From the human T2T-CHM13v2.0 reference genome, Homo sapiens, in NCBI RefSeq assembly GCF_009914755.1, contig NC_060927.1: a DNA stretch of 64,000 bases; one strand, given 5' to 3'. How positions within the stretch are numbered: position 1 is the first letter of the stretch; the number at the start of each line of letters is the position of its first letter. The position numbers were made by a program, and so were the translations under genes. The notes beneath the pieces were generated by a model. It did not search any database. It saw only the letters and a list, made by a program, of their open reading frames with translations, and was not told where the DNA came from. Shown here piece by piece: positions 12,965-27,124 of the stretch.

Positions 12965-13528
12965 TTGGGATTGCTTTCAGATGCATTAATTGCAATCTAG
13001 CTAACCAACAGCCCAACAGTGATTTAAACACAGAAAGCTTTCTTTTCTGGATATGCATGTGTGCATATTTTGTTTTGTTTTTCATGCAACAAGATGTCTG
13101 AAGGTATAATCTGACACTGAGCTGGTATCTCATGGTGTCATGAATGCCCCAGCCTACTTCTATTTTTTTTTTTTTTTTTTCCTCTGCTGTCCTTCAGTGA
13201 GGCTTTCACTTTCATTGTCATAGACGGCTGCTGGATCTCCAAGTTTGACACATTCTCCCTAGGCAAGAAGAGGGGGAAAGGCAAAGGGGAAAGAGGATGC
13301 CAGCCAAGTCAGTCTCTTTCTAAAAGCTTTCCAGAAAGTTCCATCCAGTGACTTCCACATACATCTGCCCAGCCACAAATGGGTCATACAGTCTTTCCTA
13401 ACTGTAAGAGAGTGTGGGAAGCTGGATATGAGCTGAGCATTGCTGCTCCAAACAAAATCAGATTTCTGTTAGGAAAGAATGGATGTAAAGTGGATCTTAG
13501 GAAGGGAACAACCAATGCCTACCATACA
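12965..13528 (-). mobile_element. MLT1J-type MaLR solo LTR
   Basis: Reverse complement near 13528 reads tgtatggtaggc...catccattctttcctaacagaaatctgattttgtttggagcagcaatgctcagc, like the MLT1J 5' end. Confidence 0.7.
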
Positions 13529-13706
13529 CAAGTATTTGTGGTGAGCAGACATGGCTAAGTGCCTCTTCCTATCTAGGGAGGTTCAGGGAATTACTCAAGA
13601 TCTCTTTTGTGCCAGGGAACTAGGGAGTCAGTCATCTCATTTGCTTTCATTTCCTCATCTCTGAAATTTCCTACTATGGTATTCCTCTTAGAACACCATT
13701 TAGAAG

Positions 13707-14268
13707 TGTTATGGTTTTCTGTTCTTAATCCAAATGTGACAAAATGTATTCTCCTTCTTCTCTGATAACAAAACCCAAATTCTGACGGGCAGCATGTGCT
13801 TAGCCTTAGATAATGAATAATGACTGGTCTAACCCAATCATGGCGATACTATGTTCTTTTGCCATTGATTGGTATTCAGTAGTAGGCATGTGACCTAGAT
13901 CTAACCAATGAGTGGACATACACTGGGGGGACTCATGAAAGATTTTTCACCTTTGGTAAAAAGTCATAGTTGCAAGAGGAGAAAGCCTTTTCTTCATATG
14001 CCTCTTCTTTCCTGTTTTAGATGCTGTCATGTTAACGCTTTGTGCTTAGAGCTGTAGAAGCCGTCTTGTGACCATGAGGCAATAGCCAAAAGAGGAAAGA
14101 GCCTGAGTATGAAAGACACTGGGTCCTTTATGATATTACTGAGTTGCCAAACTAACCCTGGGATCCTCTACCTCCTGTTTTCTCATAGTAATAAATATCC
14201 CTGTGATTTCAGCACTATCACTTTAATTTTCTGTTACAGGCAGCTGAAAGCATTCAGAACTCACATAC
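13707..14268 (+). mobile_element. MLT1L-type MaLR solo LTR
   Basis: gactggtctaacccaatcatgg...ttgccattgattgg...ggcatgtgacctag...ccaatgag; gccgtcttgtgaccatgagg; AATAAA near 14190; ends ctgttacaggcagctgaaagcattc. Confidence 0.7.
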
Positions 14269-15204
14269 TATCTTAACATCATCTTCCATGTGTTATGGGC
14301 CAAGAGTATATTCAAGAGTGACTACAAAACTACATTCATTGTCGTATCCCTGTGGGACTCCCTTAAAGTTCTAGTGTTCTGTAGTGTACTTTCCACAGCC
14401 TAGAAGGATATATGTTTCCCTCTCTCCAGCCCTAAGGAACTCTTAATTTAAGACTGACAAGATGAATGAGTTACAATGAGGGTGAATCCAATTCAAAAGA
14501 CGTAACAACAAGCAAGAAAAGCAAAGAACCTTGTAAACACCCATGTTATGGAGTGTGAGAGTGTAAGCTTAAGGAGGCTTTTATTTTGGGGATAAGATGC
14601 ATCACCTCTGTTTGAATGAGAGAAATTAAGTTGTAATTATGATGGTGTTTCAGTTAAATTATTTGATGTGGAAGACAAGGAGACCATTCCCAACATGTTA
14701 TTTAGCAAAGAATATGGAGGAGAGGCAGAAGACTGTGATGGAAAACGTTCAGAAGCCATCAACCAAAATGGTAATGCATTCGAGGCAGATAAAGTTGCTT
14801 CTTGCTAGACAGAGGTGGGGTGAGCCCTGACATACGTCTTCAAAATTGCAAAAGGCACAGATCTGGGGGGGAAAGGGGGTTGATTCACCAAATCTCAGAA
14901 TAGCAGAATGGCAATAACCCTACTCCAAGGCTTCCAGTTTTCCTCAGTTTAACTCCTTTTGCATACTGCAGCCAAAGAGATTTTTTTTAAAATGAAGATC
15001 ACTCAGACTGTGTCCTCTTCCTCTTAATCTCCCCAAAGGAAGAAAAAAACAATGATCAATGGCAAATGGCAGTTGCAATGAAGCAACACCAAGAACGAGC
15101 TTCGTGCTCGGGAGAGAACATTGCATATCTTCCTGTGGTTTCCAGTGCTCTACACACTTGGGGAAACTCCTTTAAGTAATGAACCACAGAAATGACCCCT
15201 GGAA

Positions 15205-15745
15205 ATATAATCTTCAAAGTGATCTTTTAAAGATCCAAATATTTCCTGTTCCCACTCTGCCCAGAGATCTTCAGTGGCTCACTACTGCTTCCATGATAAG
15301 ATCCTAAAACCTTGTCACAATCCACAAGGCCTTCATTGTCCATCCCTGCCTGCCTCACTGTCTTTATCTCCCACCACACTCTGCCTTCTCTATGCTCCCA
15401 CCTGACAACTTCTTCAGTGCGTGGACCCTATTGTACTCTCTCAGGCCTCAAAACCATGTAACATCCTGGACTTCCTCTTCACTGGTCTAATGCCTACTCA
15501 TACTTGGCTTCTGAGATTGTACTTCACTCCACATGGAGATTATCCACAACCATGCCCCACTCCAAAACCAGGTTACCTTCCCAATGTGATATACTTGCCA
15601 TAGCACTCAGCTTCCTTTTTTATAATACTCATCACACTTGTGATTGATTGACTCTCTTCTCCTTTAAATTGTAAGATCCATAAAGGCAAGGATCATGTCT
15701 GTCTCTTTCTGATGTGTAACAAGCCTGAACATACATACAATAAAT
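15205..15745 (+). mobile_element. L2 fragment
   Basis: gtgatcttttaa...cttcagtggctc...caaggccttcatt...gtaagatccataaaggcaaggatcatgtctgtct, typical L2 3' region. Confidence 0.75.
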
Positions 15746-15964
15746 GGCCAGGTGTAATTTACCATTGTGTGGATGCCATCTTGGGAGGGGGGATTCTAAT
15801 AGTTCAAGGGCATGTATGAAAAACAGACTCATGGTAAAATAATAAGAATAGAAAAAAGTTACTCAGAGTGGTTTAATGGCTGGGGTATACCTTTTACTAT
15901 TTTACTTAGACATCAAAGGAAAATCAGTGTCCTCCCTATCATGTTCCATGATTTTGTACAACTG

Positions 15965-16200
15965 AGTTTAGAGCACAAGCTAAGGTATCAGACAGCATTT
16001 GACAGCCCAGCTTCACTACTTATCAGCTGTGTGAGGTGATATAATCCCTCTAATCCCTATAAACCTTAGTTTCCTCATCTTTAAAATGGGGATAATGACA
16101 AAAGCTTTTCAATAAGGGTTTGTGAGGATTAAATTAGATAATACATGGAAAGCTTTCATCCCAGTGCTTGCCACAGAGTTAGCATGCAATAAATGTTATA
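15965..16200 (+). mobile_element. MIR SINE
   Basis: Core ccttagtttcctcatctttaaaatggggataat and tail tgtgaggattaaattagataat...caataaatgtta. Confidence 0.85.
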
Positions 16201-16256
16201 AAGAGTTCTTTATTGTTCTGCCCATCAACATCTGAGACAGAATATAAACACAACTG

Positions 16257-16550
<294 letters not shown>

Positions 16551-16671
16551 TCAACTGGATCACTAGCCTATAAGAGCTTAACAATTGTTAGGTAGTATTA
16601 CTATGGGTGTTATTGTTTTGTTATTTGTGGCAAAAAGTACTAGTGCTCACCTGAGCACATGACTTCCTTAT

Positions 16672-16768
16672 GATCAGGTAGGTCCATGTTTGTCTTGGTC
16701 ACTACTCCAGCCCAGTGCCTAGCACAGTGCTTGACACATGGTGTGTATGCAATGAACACTTAATGAGT
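16672..16768 (+). mobile_element. L2 3' terminus
   Basis: ccatgtttgtcttggtcact...cccagtgcctagcacagtgcttgacacatg. Confidence 0.75.
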
Positions 16769-17774
16769 ACTTAAAGATCTAACCAGTATGATAGTGCAGA
16801 TTCTCTTGTAAGCAAATGAATAGAGAAAGGCAGTATTCCACAGAGAAGGAGACAGGAAAAAAGAACAGGCTTGATTTTACTAAAAAGAAAAACACACTTT
16901 TAAGCAGTAAAATTAGAAGTTCCCATTTCAATGGCACAAAATAGAGAACTCACTGAGAATTGTGTGCTATAACATGGTCAAAGCAGAGGCCGATAATGAA
17001 GGGAGCAGCATTCAGAACCATCACATGTATGGTCAGCTTTCAGACCCTGAAAACTCGATTAAAACATTCCAGGAAACCGCTGCACTTTCATTCTAAAGGA
17101 AGATTGTGAACTCTGTTCACATATTACACCCCTTCATATTGCTTTGTCTACCAGTGTGGCCTTTTATGAAGTGAGGGCTTCTTTCTTCTACCTTGCTCCA
17201 TGACAATCAAACCCAAAATGCCTTCCACCCTTAAAAGGAAGTTTTGGTAAGTGCCTTATTATAACTATCACATATGACACAAGGCTCACCACTAATCGGA
17301 GACAGATGAGAATGAATTACTTAAATAGGACAGAAATAGCCATTCACTTCAAGAAGGTCCCAGTTTCTTGAAAGTCTGTGGCATTGAGACCATTTACAGT
17401 TTGCTGTCAAGATTCCTAGCAGTGCTCATTACCTTGGCTAGCAATCCCTCTGGACTACAGAAAACTTATCTGAAATATATATAATCACAGGCTGCAATGC
17501 CTAAGTGCAACAGGATGATTTAAAAAGCACCATGATAGTGTTCCCCCAGGACATTCATCTCTCCCTGTCTATTCATCTGTGATCCAGACAAAAACTTGGA
17601 ATGCAATCTGTATATTGATATTCCCTAAAAAGGATTTCACCAGCTCTTTAGGAAGAATTGTTTTAGCGGCTCTGGAAGTCTAGAACATTCTGCATTTGTG
17701 GTATTTACAGCTTTTGTTTCTATTTCATAAAAATAAAGCCCCACTAAGAGCAGTATTCAATTCCTATCCCAATA

Positions 17775-17960
17775 GGAGTATCGAATAGTGGTTAAGCACA
17801 TGTTTTTTGGAACGAAGCAGACCTGTGTTCATCTCTGGGCTCCTCATAGACCTCTTCATAAACTTAGGCAAGGTATTCAACCTTTTTGAGTCTCAGCTAT
17901 ATCAGGTAAATTACTATGCGTGCACAGAAGAGCTTAATAAATGTTAGATGTTAATGGTAT
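17775..17960 (+). mobile_element. MIR (internally deleted)
   Basis: atagtggttaagcaca...cagacctgtgttca...ttaggcaaggtattcaacctttttgagtctcag...cttaataaatgttag. Confidence 0.7.
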
Positions 17961-18247
17961 TAATATTGTTTTGCTGCTGTTTTCAGTTTTTCTAGCAGAG
18001 ATTATTAGTATTCACCCATGTGCACAGGTAGACCGCATTTCCACCCATGCACACAGGTAGACCGCATTTCCAAGCTTCAGTGGAGTTACGTGGGTCCAAA
18101 TGACTGAGTTCCGATCAATGGAATGTGGCAGAAGTGATGTACACCCTTTCCTGGATGGGCCTACAGAAATCCTCTAGACTCTACTCCTCACTCTCCTTTT
18201 CCCTTCTCAGGCACCCTGAAGGCTACTTGTTAAAGAATTTAGAGCTA

Positions 18248-18653
<406 letters not shown>

Positions 18654-20461
18654 GATACATATATATGATATATCTGATATATGATATATATATGATATAT
18701 CTGATATATGATATATATATGATATATCTGATATATATACATATGGTATATATGATATACATCATATGTATATATGGTATACATGAGATACATCATATGT
18801 ATATATGGTATACATGAGATACATCATATGTATATATGGTATACATGAGATACATCATATGTATATATGGTATACATGAGATACATCATATGTATACATG
18901 AGATACATCATATGTATACATGAGATACATCATATGTATACATGAGATACATCATATGTATACATGACATACATCATATGTATACATGACATACATCATA
19001 TGTATACATGACATACATCATATGTATACATGACATACATCATATGTATACATGACATACATCATATGTATACATGACATACATCATATGTATACATGAC
19101 ATACATCATATGTATACATGACATACATCATATGTATACATGACATACATCATATGTATACATGACATACATCATATGTATACATGACATACATCATATG
19201 TATACATGACATACATCATATGTATACATGACATACATCATATGTATATATGATACATATATATCATGTATATATGATACATATGTACATATATATGTAT
19301 ATATGATACATATGTATCATATATATCAGGTATATATGATACATATGTATCATATATATCAGGTATATATGATACATATGTATCATATATCAGGTATATA
19401 TGATACATATGTACATATATATCAGGTATATATGATACATATGTACATATATCAGGTATATATGTACATATGTACATATATATCAGGTATATATGTACAT
19501 ATGTACATATATATCAGGTATATATGTACATATGTACATATATATCAGGTATATATGTACATATGTTCATATATATCAGGTATATATGAACATATGTTCA
19601 TATATATCTGATATATATGAACATATGTACATATATATCTGATATATATGAACATATGTACATATATATCATGTATATATGAACATATATACGTATATAT
19701 CATGTATATATGATACATATATACGTATATATCATGTATATATGATACATATATACGTATATATCATGTATATATGATACATATATACGTATATATCCAT
19801 ATATATGATACATATATACGTATATCATGTATATATGACGTACGTCATATATATCATGTGTATATATGATGTACGTCATATATATCAGATATCATATATA
19901 CACATATATCCTATATGTGTATATATGATATATGTATATATGATCTATATACATATATATCATATGTTCTATGATATATATGATATATATGATATATATC
20001 ATATATGATATATATGATATATATCATATATGATATATATGATATATATCATATATGATATATATCATATCATATATGATATATATCATATATATCATAT
20101 ATGATATATATCATATATATCATATATGATATATATCATATATATCATATATGATATATATGATATATATGATATATCATATCATATCATATATGATATA
20201 TATGATATATATGATATATCATATCATATATGATATATATGATATATATGATATATCATATCATATCATATATGATATATATGATATATATGATATATCA
20301 TATATATCATATATGATATATATGATATATATGATATATCATATATATCATATATGATATATATGATATATATGATATATCATATATATCATATATGATA
20401 TATATGATATATATGATATATCATATCATATATGATACATATGATATATCATATCATATAT
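18654..20461. repeat. ~1.8 kb compound AT-rich minisatellite (VNTR)
   Basis: Successive blocks: ~26-mers, ~31-mers, 4 copies of tatacatgagatacatcatatg (18871-18958), 13 perfect copies of tatacatgacatacatcatatg (18959-19244), ~31-mers with atatcagg, then atatatgat/atatatcat blocks. Confidence 0.97.
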
Positions 20462-20527
20462 CTTTCTTTTTTTTTTCAGTTAAGCTACTGGGTTTTGACG
20501 AAGCTCATTACAGCAGTTAGCCTACTT

Positions 20528-20741
20528 CAGGGTTTCTCAGCCTGGGCACTACTGATATTTTGGACTACAGAATTCTTTGTTATGGAGGGCTGTCCTATGC
20601 ATTGTAGGGTGTTGAGCAGCATCCCTGGCCTCTATCCTGCTAGATGCCAGTAGTAACCTCTCCAGTAGCCATGACAACCAAAAATGTCTCCTGACATTGC
20701 CAAATGTCACCTGCAAAATCGCCTCCGATTGAGAACCAGCA
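20528..20741 (+). mobile_element. MER20 (hAT-Charlie)
   Basis: cagggtttctcagcctgggcactactgatattttgg...gcagcatccctggcctcta...aaaaatgtctcctgacattgccaaatgtc...ttgagaacca. Confidence 0.9.
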
Positions 20742-20927
20742 GCCCACACTGGCCAAAACATCACCATCATTGCTATCATCATCATCATAGGATATTGATA
20801 GTCTAGTCTCTCATGTTCCCCTTGAAATCACTGCAAAAGGACTCAAAGTTCCAAAAGAGGTCCAGCCCAGTTTTTTTAGGAGAAAAAAGTGAAATGACAC
20901 TAAAATTTAAGAAAAGGTAAGGGATCA

Positions 20928-21254
<327 letters not shown>

Positions 21255-21351
21255 CTACCATGAGATAAGCATTGGGCTGAATATAACTTGGTAAATAAAA
21301 CAGATATAATCCCTGCCCTCATAGAGATGAAAGGTAAATAAAAATATGGAG

Positions 21352-21654
21352 TTTTTTGTTTTTGTTTTTGTTTTTGTTTTTTAAGACAGTGTCTTGTTCT
21401 ATTGCCCAGGCTGGAGTGCGGCAGTGAGATCATAGTTCACTGCAGCCTTGAACTCCTGGGCTCAAGTGATCATCCGTACTAGCTAGGACTATAGGTTTGC
21501 ACCACCATGCCCAGCTAATTTTTGTATTTTTTTTATAGAGACGCGGTCTCACTTTGTTGCCCAGGCTGGTCTCAAACTCCTGGCCTCAAGGAATTCTCTT
21601 GCCTAGGCCTCCCAAAGTGCTTGGGATTACAGTCATGGGCCATTGCACCCAGCC
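21352..21654 (-). mobile_element. AluJ with (TTTTTG)n tail
   Basis: cactgcagccttgaactcctgggctcaagtgat (J-type); small internal deletion; TSD-like aaaatatg on both sides. Confidence 0.92.
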
Positions 21655-21683
21655 AAAATATGATGGATTTTTCAAACAGCTTA

Positions 21684-22654
<971 letters not shown>

Positions 22655-23027
22655 CCATTATGCATTAAATATCACAGAAAAGAAAGGGTTTAAGAAAATA
22701 GGTATTAAAGTATGCCTTATCACCTTATCATTCATCAATCTGAGGTTTACTAAACACTTGATGGGTGCTCATTAGTGGAATAAATTAATGCACTCATATT
22801 TTCATTCATTTGTTAAAAATATGCATACAGTGCCTCCTCTTTGATGGTCCCTGGGTGAGGTATTGAGGTTACAGTAGTGAAATAGGTATTATCCTCTGTT
22901 TATAACAGCTCATAATGGAAGTGGAGGACAGAAACATGTACATTCAACAATAATGCAAAGAACATAATAAAGATATTAACATCATCATTATAAAACTATC
23001 AGTAAAAGTGTGAATAAGGGAGTACAG

Positions 23028-23617
23028 AATAATAATTACAGCTGACATCTATTGAGTACTTGTCTCATTTCCCTTCACAACAAGCCTATGAGACTGTATT
23101 AGTCCATTTTCATACTGCTATGAAGAAATACCCGAGATGGGATAATTTATAAAGAAAAAGAAGTTTAATGGACTCACAGTTCCACATGGCTGAGAAGACC
23201 TCATAATCATGGCAGAAGGTGAAGGAGGAGCAAAGGTACATCTCATATGGTGGCAGGCAAGAGAGCATGTGAAGAAGAATTGCCCTTTATAAAACCATCA
23301 GATCTCATGAGACTTAATCACGAGAACAGCATGGGAAAAACCTGCCCCCATGATTCAATTACCTCCTACCCACTGGGTCCCTCCCATGACATGTGGGGAT
23401 TATGGTAGGTACAATTCAAGATGAGATTTGGGTGGGGACACAGCCAAACCATAGCAGAGACAGACCCATGATTCATACCATCTTGCAGATTAAGAAGCTG
23501 AGGTACAGGCAGGTGAAGAAACCAGCCTAAAGTTACTATCGGTAAGTGGTGGAGCTGGAATTTTAACACAGGAGGTCCAACTTTAGAGCCCATGGTTTTA
23601 AACACTTCATTGTGCTG
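23028..23617 (-). mobile_element. MIR split by a THE1 LTR
   Basis: aataataattacagctgacatctattgagtact...cacaacaagcctatgag | ttgcagattaagaagctgaggtacag...ggtaagtggtggagctggaatt...agagcccatggttttaaacac. Confidence 0.8.
23095..23456 (-). mobile_element. THE1 (C/D-like) MaLR solo LTR
   Basis: tgtattagtccattttcatactgcta...gagatttgggtggggacacagccaaaccatagca; perfect 5-bp TSD gagac at 23090-23094 and 23457-23461. Confidence 0.95.
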
Positions 23618-24414
23618 TCTCTCATTGCAGAAGGGTGAGGAGGCCTCACAGAAGGGCTGAGATTTGGGATGAATACCTTCATCAAGAAAAGGAGGAGCCA
23701 GTAGAAGAAACTGCATTGGTAAAGCCAGAGATTCAGGAAGAAGGTGGATGGTGTGGCATATTCTGGAACAGGGCTCTGTATTGGCAAGGAGGGGTGGCAG
23801 ATGAGGTTGGAGCCTAAGTTGTCCTGACTTGAAAGACTTGAACCTCTCAGCAGTTTGAATTTCGTTCTAAAGCTATCAAAAGAACCTATTCAAGAGCATG
23901 ATACGGTAAATCATCTTCAGCAACTCACATATCATTTTTAACATTGTTTCAGGGGATATTAGTGGACACTCTTAGGAACGCAGTGTATAGCCCACAAGTA
24001 TAATGACACTTATTAATACAACTTAGAAAACACCCTTTGAAAATGCATCAAAACCCTAAAAGATTCGATTAACTCTATGGAAATGAGGATAAAGGGTAGA
24101 TGCATGTAAGAATCCAGCTGTCTTCTATCTACAAAGCTCTTCATATCCACAACCACAGAGACACTGCTCAGCTTCTGAATCGCCTTAGTTCACAATAAAA
24201 TAGAAATAAATCATAATAAAATAAAATAGGGAATAAATCTATCTGTTGGCTTTGAGAAAATTTCTCAGTAGCAACAAACCAACTGCTCAAATCAGAATCC
24301 CCCAAAATAAATAAATAAGGTACCTAAGAGGGAATGCATGTGTTGACCAAAAAACTAAAAAATTCTCCCATTTCTGTCTGACGTTGAAAAAAATCATAGG
24401 TATTTGGCATTTTA

Positions 24415-24612
24415 GCCTATGCTGTTGAATGTGGTAGCCACTAATTATATGTGGCTATTTAAATTTAAATAAGGTAAAATTAAATAAAATTTATTTTCTC
24501 AGTCCCATTAGCCCCATTTCAAGTCCTCAACAGCCATATGAGGCCACTGGCCACTGTACTGGTCAGCACATGTATCAGACATGTCCATTGTTGCAGGAAT
24601 ATCTGTTGGGAA
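24415..24612 (+). mobile_element. MER3-type hAT transposon
   Basis: gtggtagccactaattatatgtggctatttaaatttaaat...cagtcccattagccccatttcaagtcctcaacagccatatg. Confidence 0.8.
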
Positions 24613-24839
24613 AAAAATGAACTACTTATTTAGATAAAAGTAGTGATTTGTTAGACATGCCTAATAAAATTCAGTTTATTTTAAGATTATGTAATTAAAT
24701 TCAGACTTACTTATAAGAGTCTGAATTTTCATTTTAATCGTTTGTATGTATTTCATTCCTCTTAGTATGAAGAGAGTCTATATCAAGAGACTCTCTATGG
24801 AGACAGGAGCCAGTTTGTATTAGGCCCCAGCTCTGTCTT

Positions 24840-24945
24840 GGGCTCTGTGCTAGGCATTTCATATCTGTTATGCTACTTAAGGCTCATGACTCCCTGTGAG
24901 ATAGGCATGCTTATTCTCATTTTTCCCTAAATGGGGGGCTGTGAC
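24840..24945 (-). mobile_element. MIR fragment
   Basis: ggctctgtgctaggcatttcata...ccctgtgagataggc...ttattctcatttt. Confidence 0.7.
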
Positions 24946-25384
24946 AAGGCTGAAGCAAAGAGAGGGCACAACATCTTTTCAGGGTTAACACTTGAGAAAC
25001 ATCTATTTCTTCTTAAGTAGCTCTACTGCTGCTTAGAGAAGTAGAGTATGTAGACAAGACAGTTAAATTTTCCACAGATGGGGTTTACTTAGAGGGAGAT
25101 AAGATTTCTTTTGCACACAATTGTAGATTTTTTTTTAAATGGTCAAAATCCTCCTGTTCTAGCAGTAGCTAAGAAGTGACTCGGGGAAGCATTCAACAAG
25201 TAGGAAAGAAGTCTGCTCAGATGGAGGCCCTGAATCAGAGATGCCTGTCATCTGTTCCCAAAGGCTCCAAACTCCTGCCACAAATACACTGAGGGTTCCT
25301 CTCTCTATAACTTCTTCTCTTTATTTTCTCTGGAAGGAATGTACTTGATACTTATTTTTAATCTGAGTCTCCTTCCACAAAAAG

Positions 25385-25880
25385 TGTAGAGGATGTGCTA
25401 CCCAGCCCCTAAAGTTTTGCCTCTTGGTATTCACACTTGTGAAGTCATTTTCCATGTGGAAGAGGGCTGACCTGTGTAAGCAATAAGATGCTGCAGAAAT
25501 GTATGACTTCTGTGGCTAGGTTAGAAGAGCCATGAGTCCTTAAAGCTTTCCCCCTTTTCTCTCTCTTGAGTGGCTGTCTCTGGAGGAAGCCAGTCACCAT
25601 TCTATGAAGTTACTCAAGCAGCCAGTGGAGAGGCCCACATGGGGAGGAACTGAGGCCTCCCACCAATACTCTCCATCAAGCTGCCAGGCATGTGGTACCT
25701 TAGAAGTGGATCTTACAGCCCCAGTCAAGCCTTCAGATGACTATAGAGCCAGAACCACTCTACTAAGCCTGTCCCAAATTCCTAACTCACCAAAATAACA
25801 TGAGATAGTAAATGTTTACTGCAGTTTTAAGCAGTTGAGTTTTGGCATAATTTGTTATGCAGCAATAGGTACCTAACCCA
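25385..25880 (+). mobile_element. MLT1F-type MaLR solo LTR
   Basis: gtggagaggcccacatggggaggaactgaggcctcc...cagccccagtcaagccttcagatgact...taatttgttatgcagcaatag. Confidence 0.85.
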
Positions 25881-26711
25881 GAGGGTTTTTCCAGCTTTGC
25901 CTATGGGCAAGTCTACAGATGAAACAAGCTGCTTTTCATATTTAGTGCTCTCTCTCACAATTATTAGGAGATATAATTATCTTACCATCCAGGCTGTGAT
26001 TCTTGCACACAAGCACCAAGTCATCCATTATTGCAGTCTCCCTTCCCATGCTTGATGAATAACTGGGTTCCTGTGATTTTTCCTCTTTTCTTTCCCCATT
26101 GACTGTTGAAATTGTTTGCCTCAACTATTGAGTCCCTTCTCTTCAGTTTGCCTCCTTTTCTTTTCCTCCTACATGAGCAGAAGCCAGGAAATTGAATGTA
26201 TTCGATCACAAAGTATGCATGACCCTCAGCAACATGAGCCTACAATAGTCTTTTTAATGACCAGAGGAAGGTTGTGAGGACTCTTAGTTAATTTGTTATG
26301 AACACCCACTCCCATAAGGAAGCTGCTATGTATTTGTGGAATAAATTAAATAAAATCAGCAAATTTGCTTATTATCTATTTCCTGCCCTTTGAACACAGG
26401 TTTACCCATAAACTACATTTGTTACACACTAACTGAATATGGAAAGCACTATGGGTAATGCAAAAAATATAGCTTGTCTGTTTTCAGTGTACTCATAAGC
26501 AAATATAGGAGACATCACAAAGATGCAAATATGTATTCATATTCACATACATGCTTAAGTAGACATTTACATATCAAAGACAGTGAAGGCTAAGGGCCAA
26601 ATGAATGGTACACACAAGTGTTAACAGATCTTCAAAAGAAGATGTTATGGCTGTGAGCTGAATTGATCAGGGCAGCCTTTATGCAGGAACAAAGTCTTCA
26701 GAAGGTTTAAC

Positions 26712-27124
26712 TATGGCAGATACTATTACAGATACTACTTGTTTCATCCAGTTCTCCTTTAGCCCCAAGCATAGAGACTCCTGCACATCTCAGCCTCTTA
26801 TGAGTGGGCAGGATCATGTGACCAGCTCTACTTAGTGGGGCACGAGAAAAAGTAACATGTTTCATTTCTTAAGTCAAAGAAAAAACTATGTTTAATTCTC
26901 CAATCTTTCTCCCCCAAAAGTTCACATGCTCTGGGGTAACTAGAGGATGTTAGTGGCTCCCTCAGCCTGGGTCTATCTGAATGACTACAATAAGCAGAGC
27001 CCCCTGACAACTTTTTTTGGGCATGTACCATTAGCAAGAACTAAACCTTTCTTTGTGATAGGCCACTGTGATCTGGGGACTCATTTGTTACTGCAGCATA
27101 ACTTAGTCTCTCCTAACTAAAACA
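26712..27124 (+). mobile_element. MLT1I/J2-type MaLR solo LTR
   Basis: ggctccctcagcctgggtc...gcagagccccctgac...ggccactgtgatctggggactcatttgttactgcagcataacttagtc...ctaactaaaaca. Confidence 0.75.

Larger units (their letters stand above)
22795..23875 (-). mobile_element. L2 (pieces ~22795-22960 and ~23631-23875) interrupted by MIR and THE1
   Basis: ttcattcatt...tgcctcct... (antisense L2 tail) and aggaggcctcacagaagg...gatgaggttggag...gtttgaatttcgttctaa (antisense L2 body). Confidence 0.6.

Noticed and set aside
14620-14830. Two overlapping open frames of about 62 codons (EKLSCNYDGV...; MMVFQLNYLMW...) with a faint Ig-like LSCNY
   Set aside because: No second cysteine motif, no convincing splice sites and no recognisable homologue; compatible with chance or a very old LINE remnant
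18871-19244. Regular 22-bp repeats that superficially resemble a CRISPR array
   Set aside because: Head-to-tail units with no unique spacers, eukaryotic context and no cas genes; it is a minisatellite
23635-23817. Glu-rich 60-aa ORF
   Set aside because: Lies in purine-rich antisense L2-like sequence and starts at GTG
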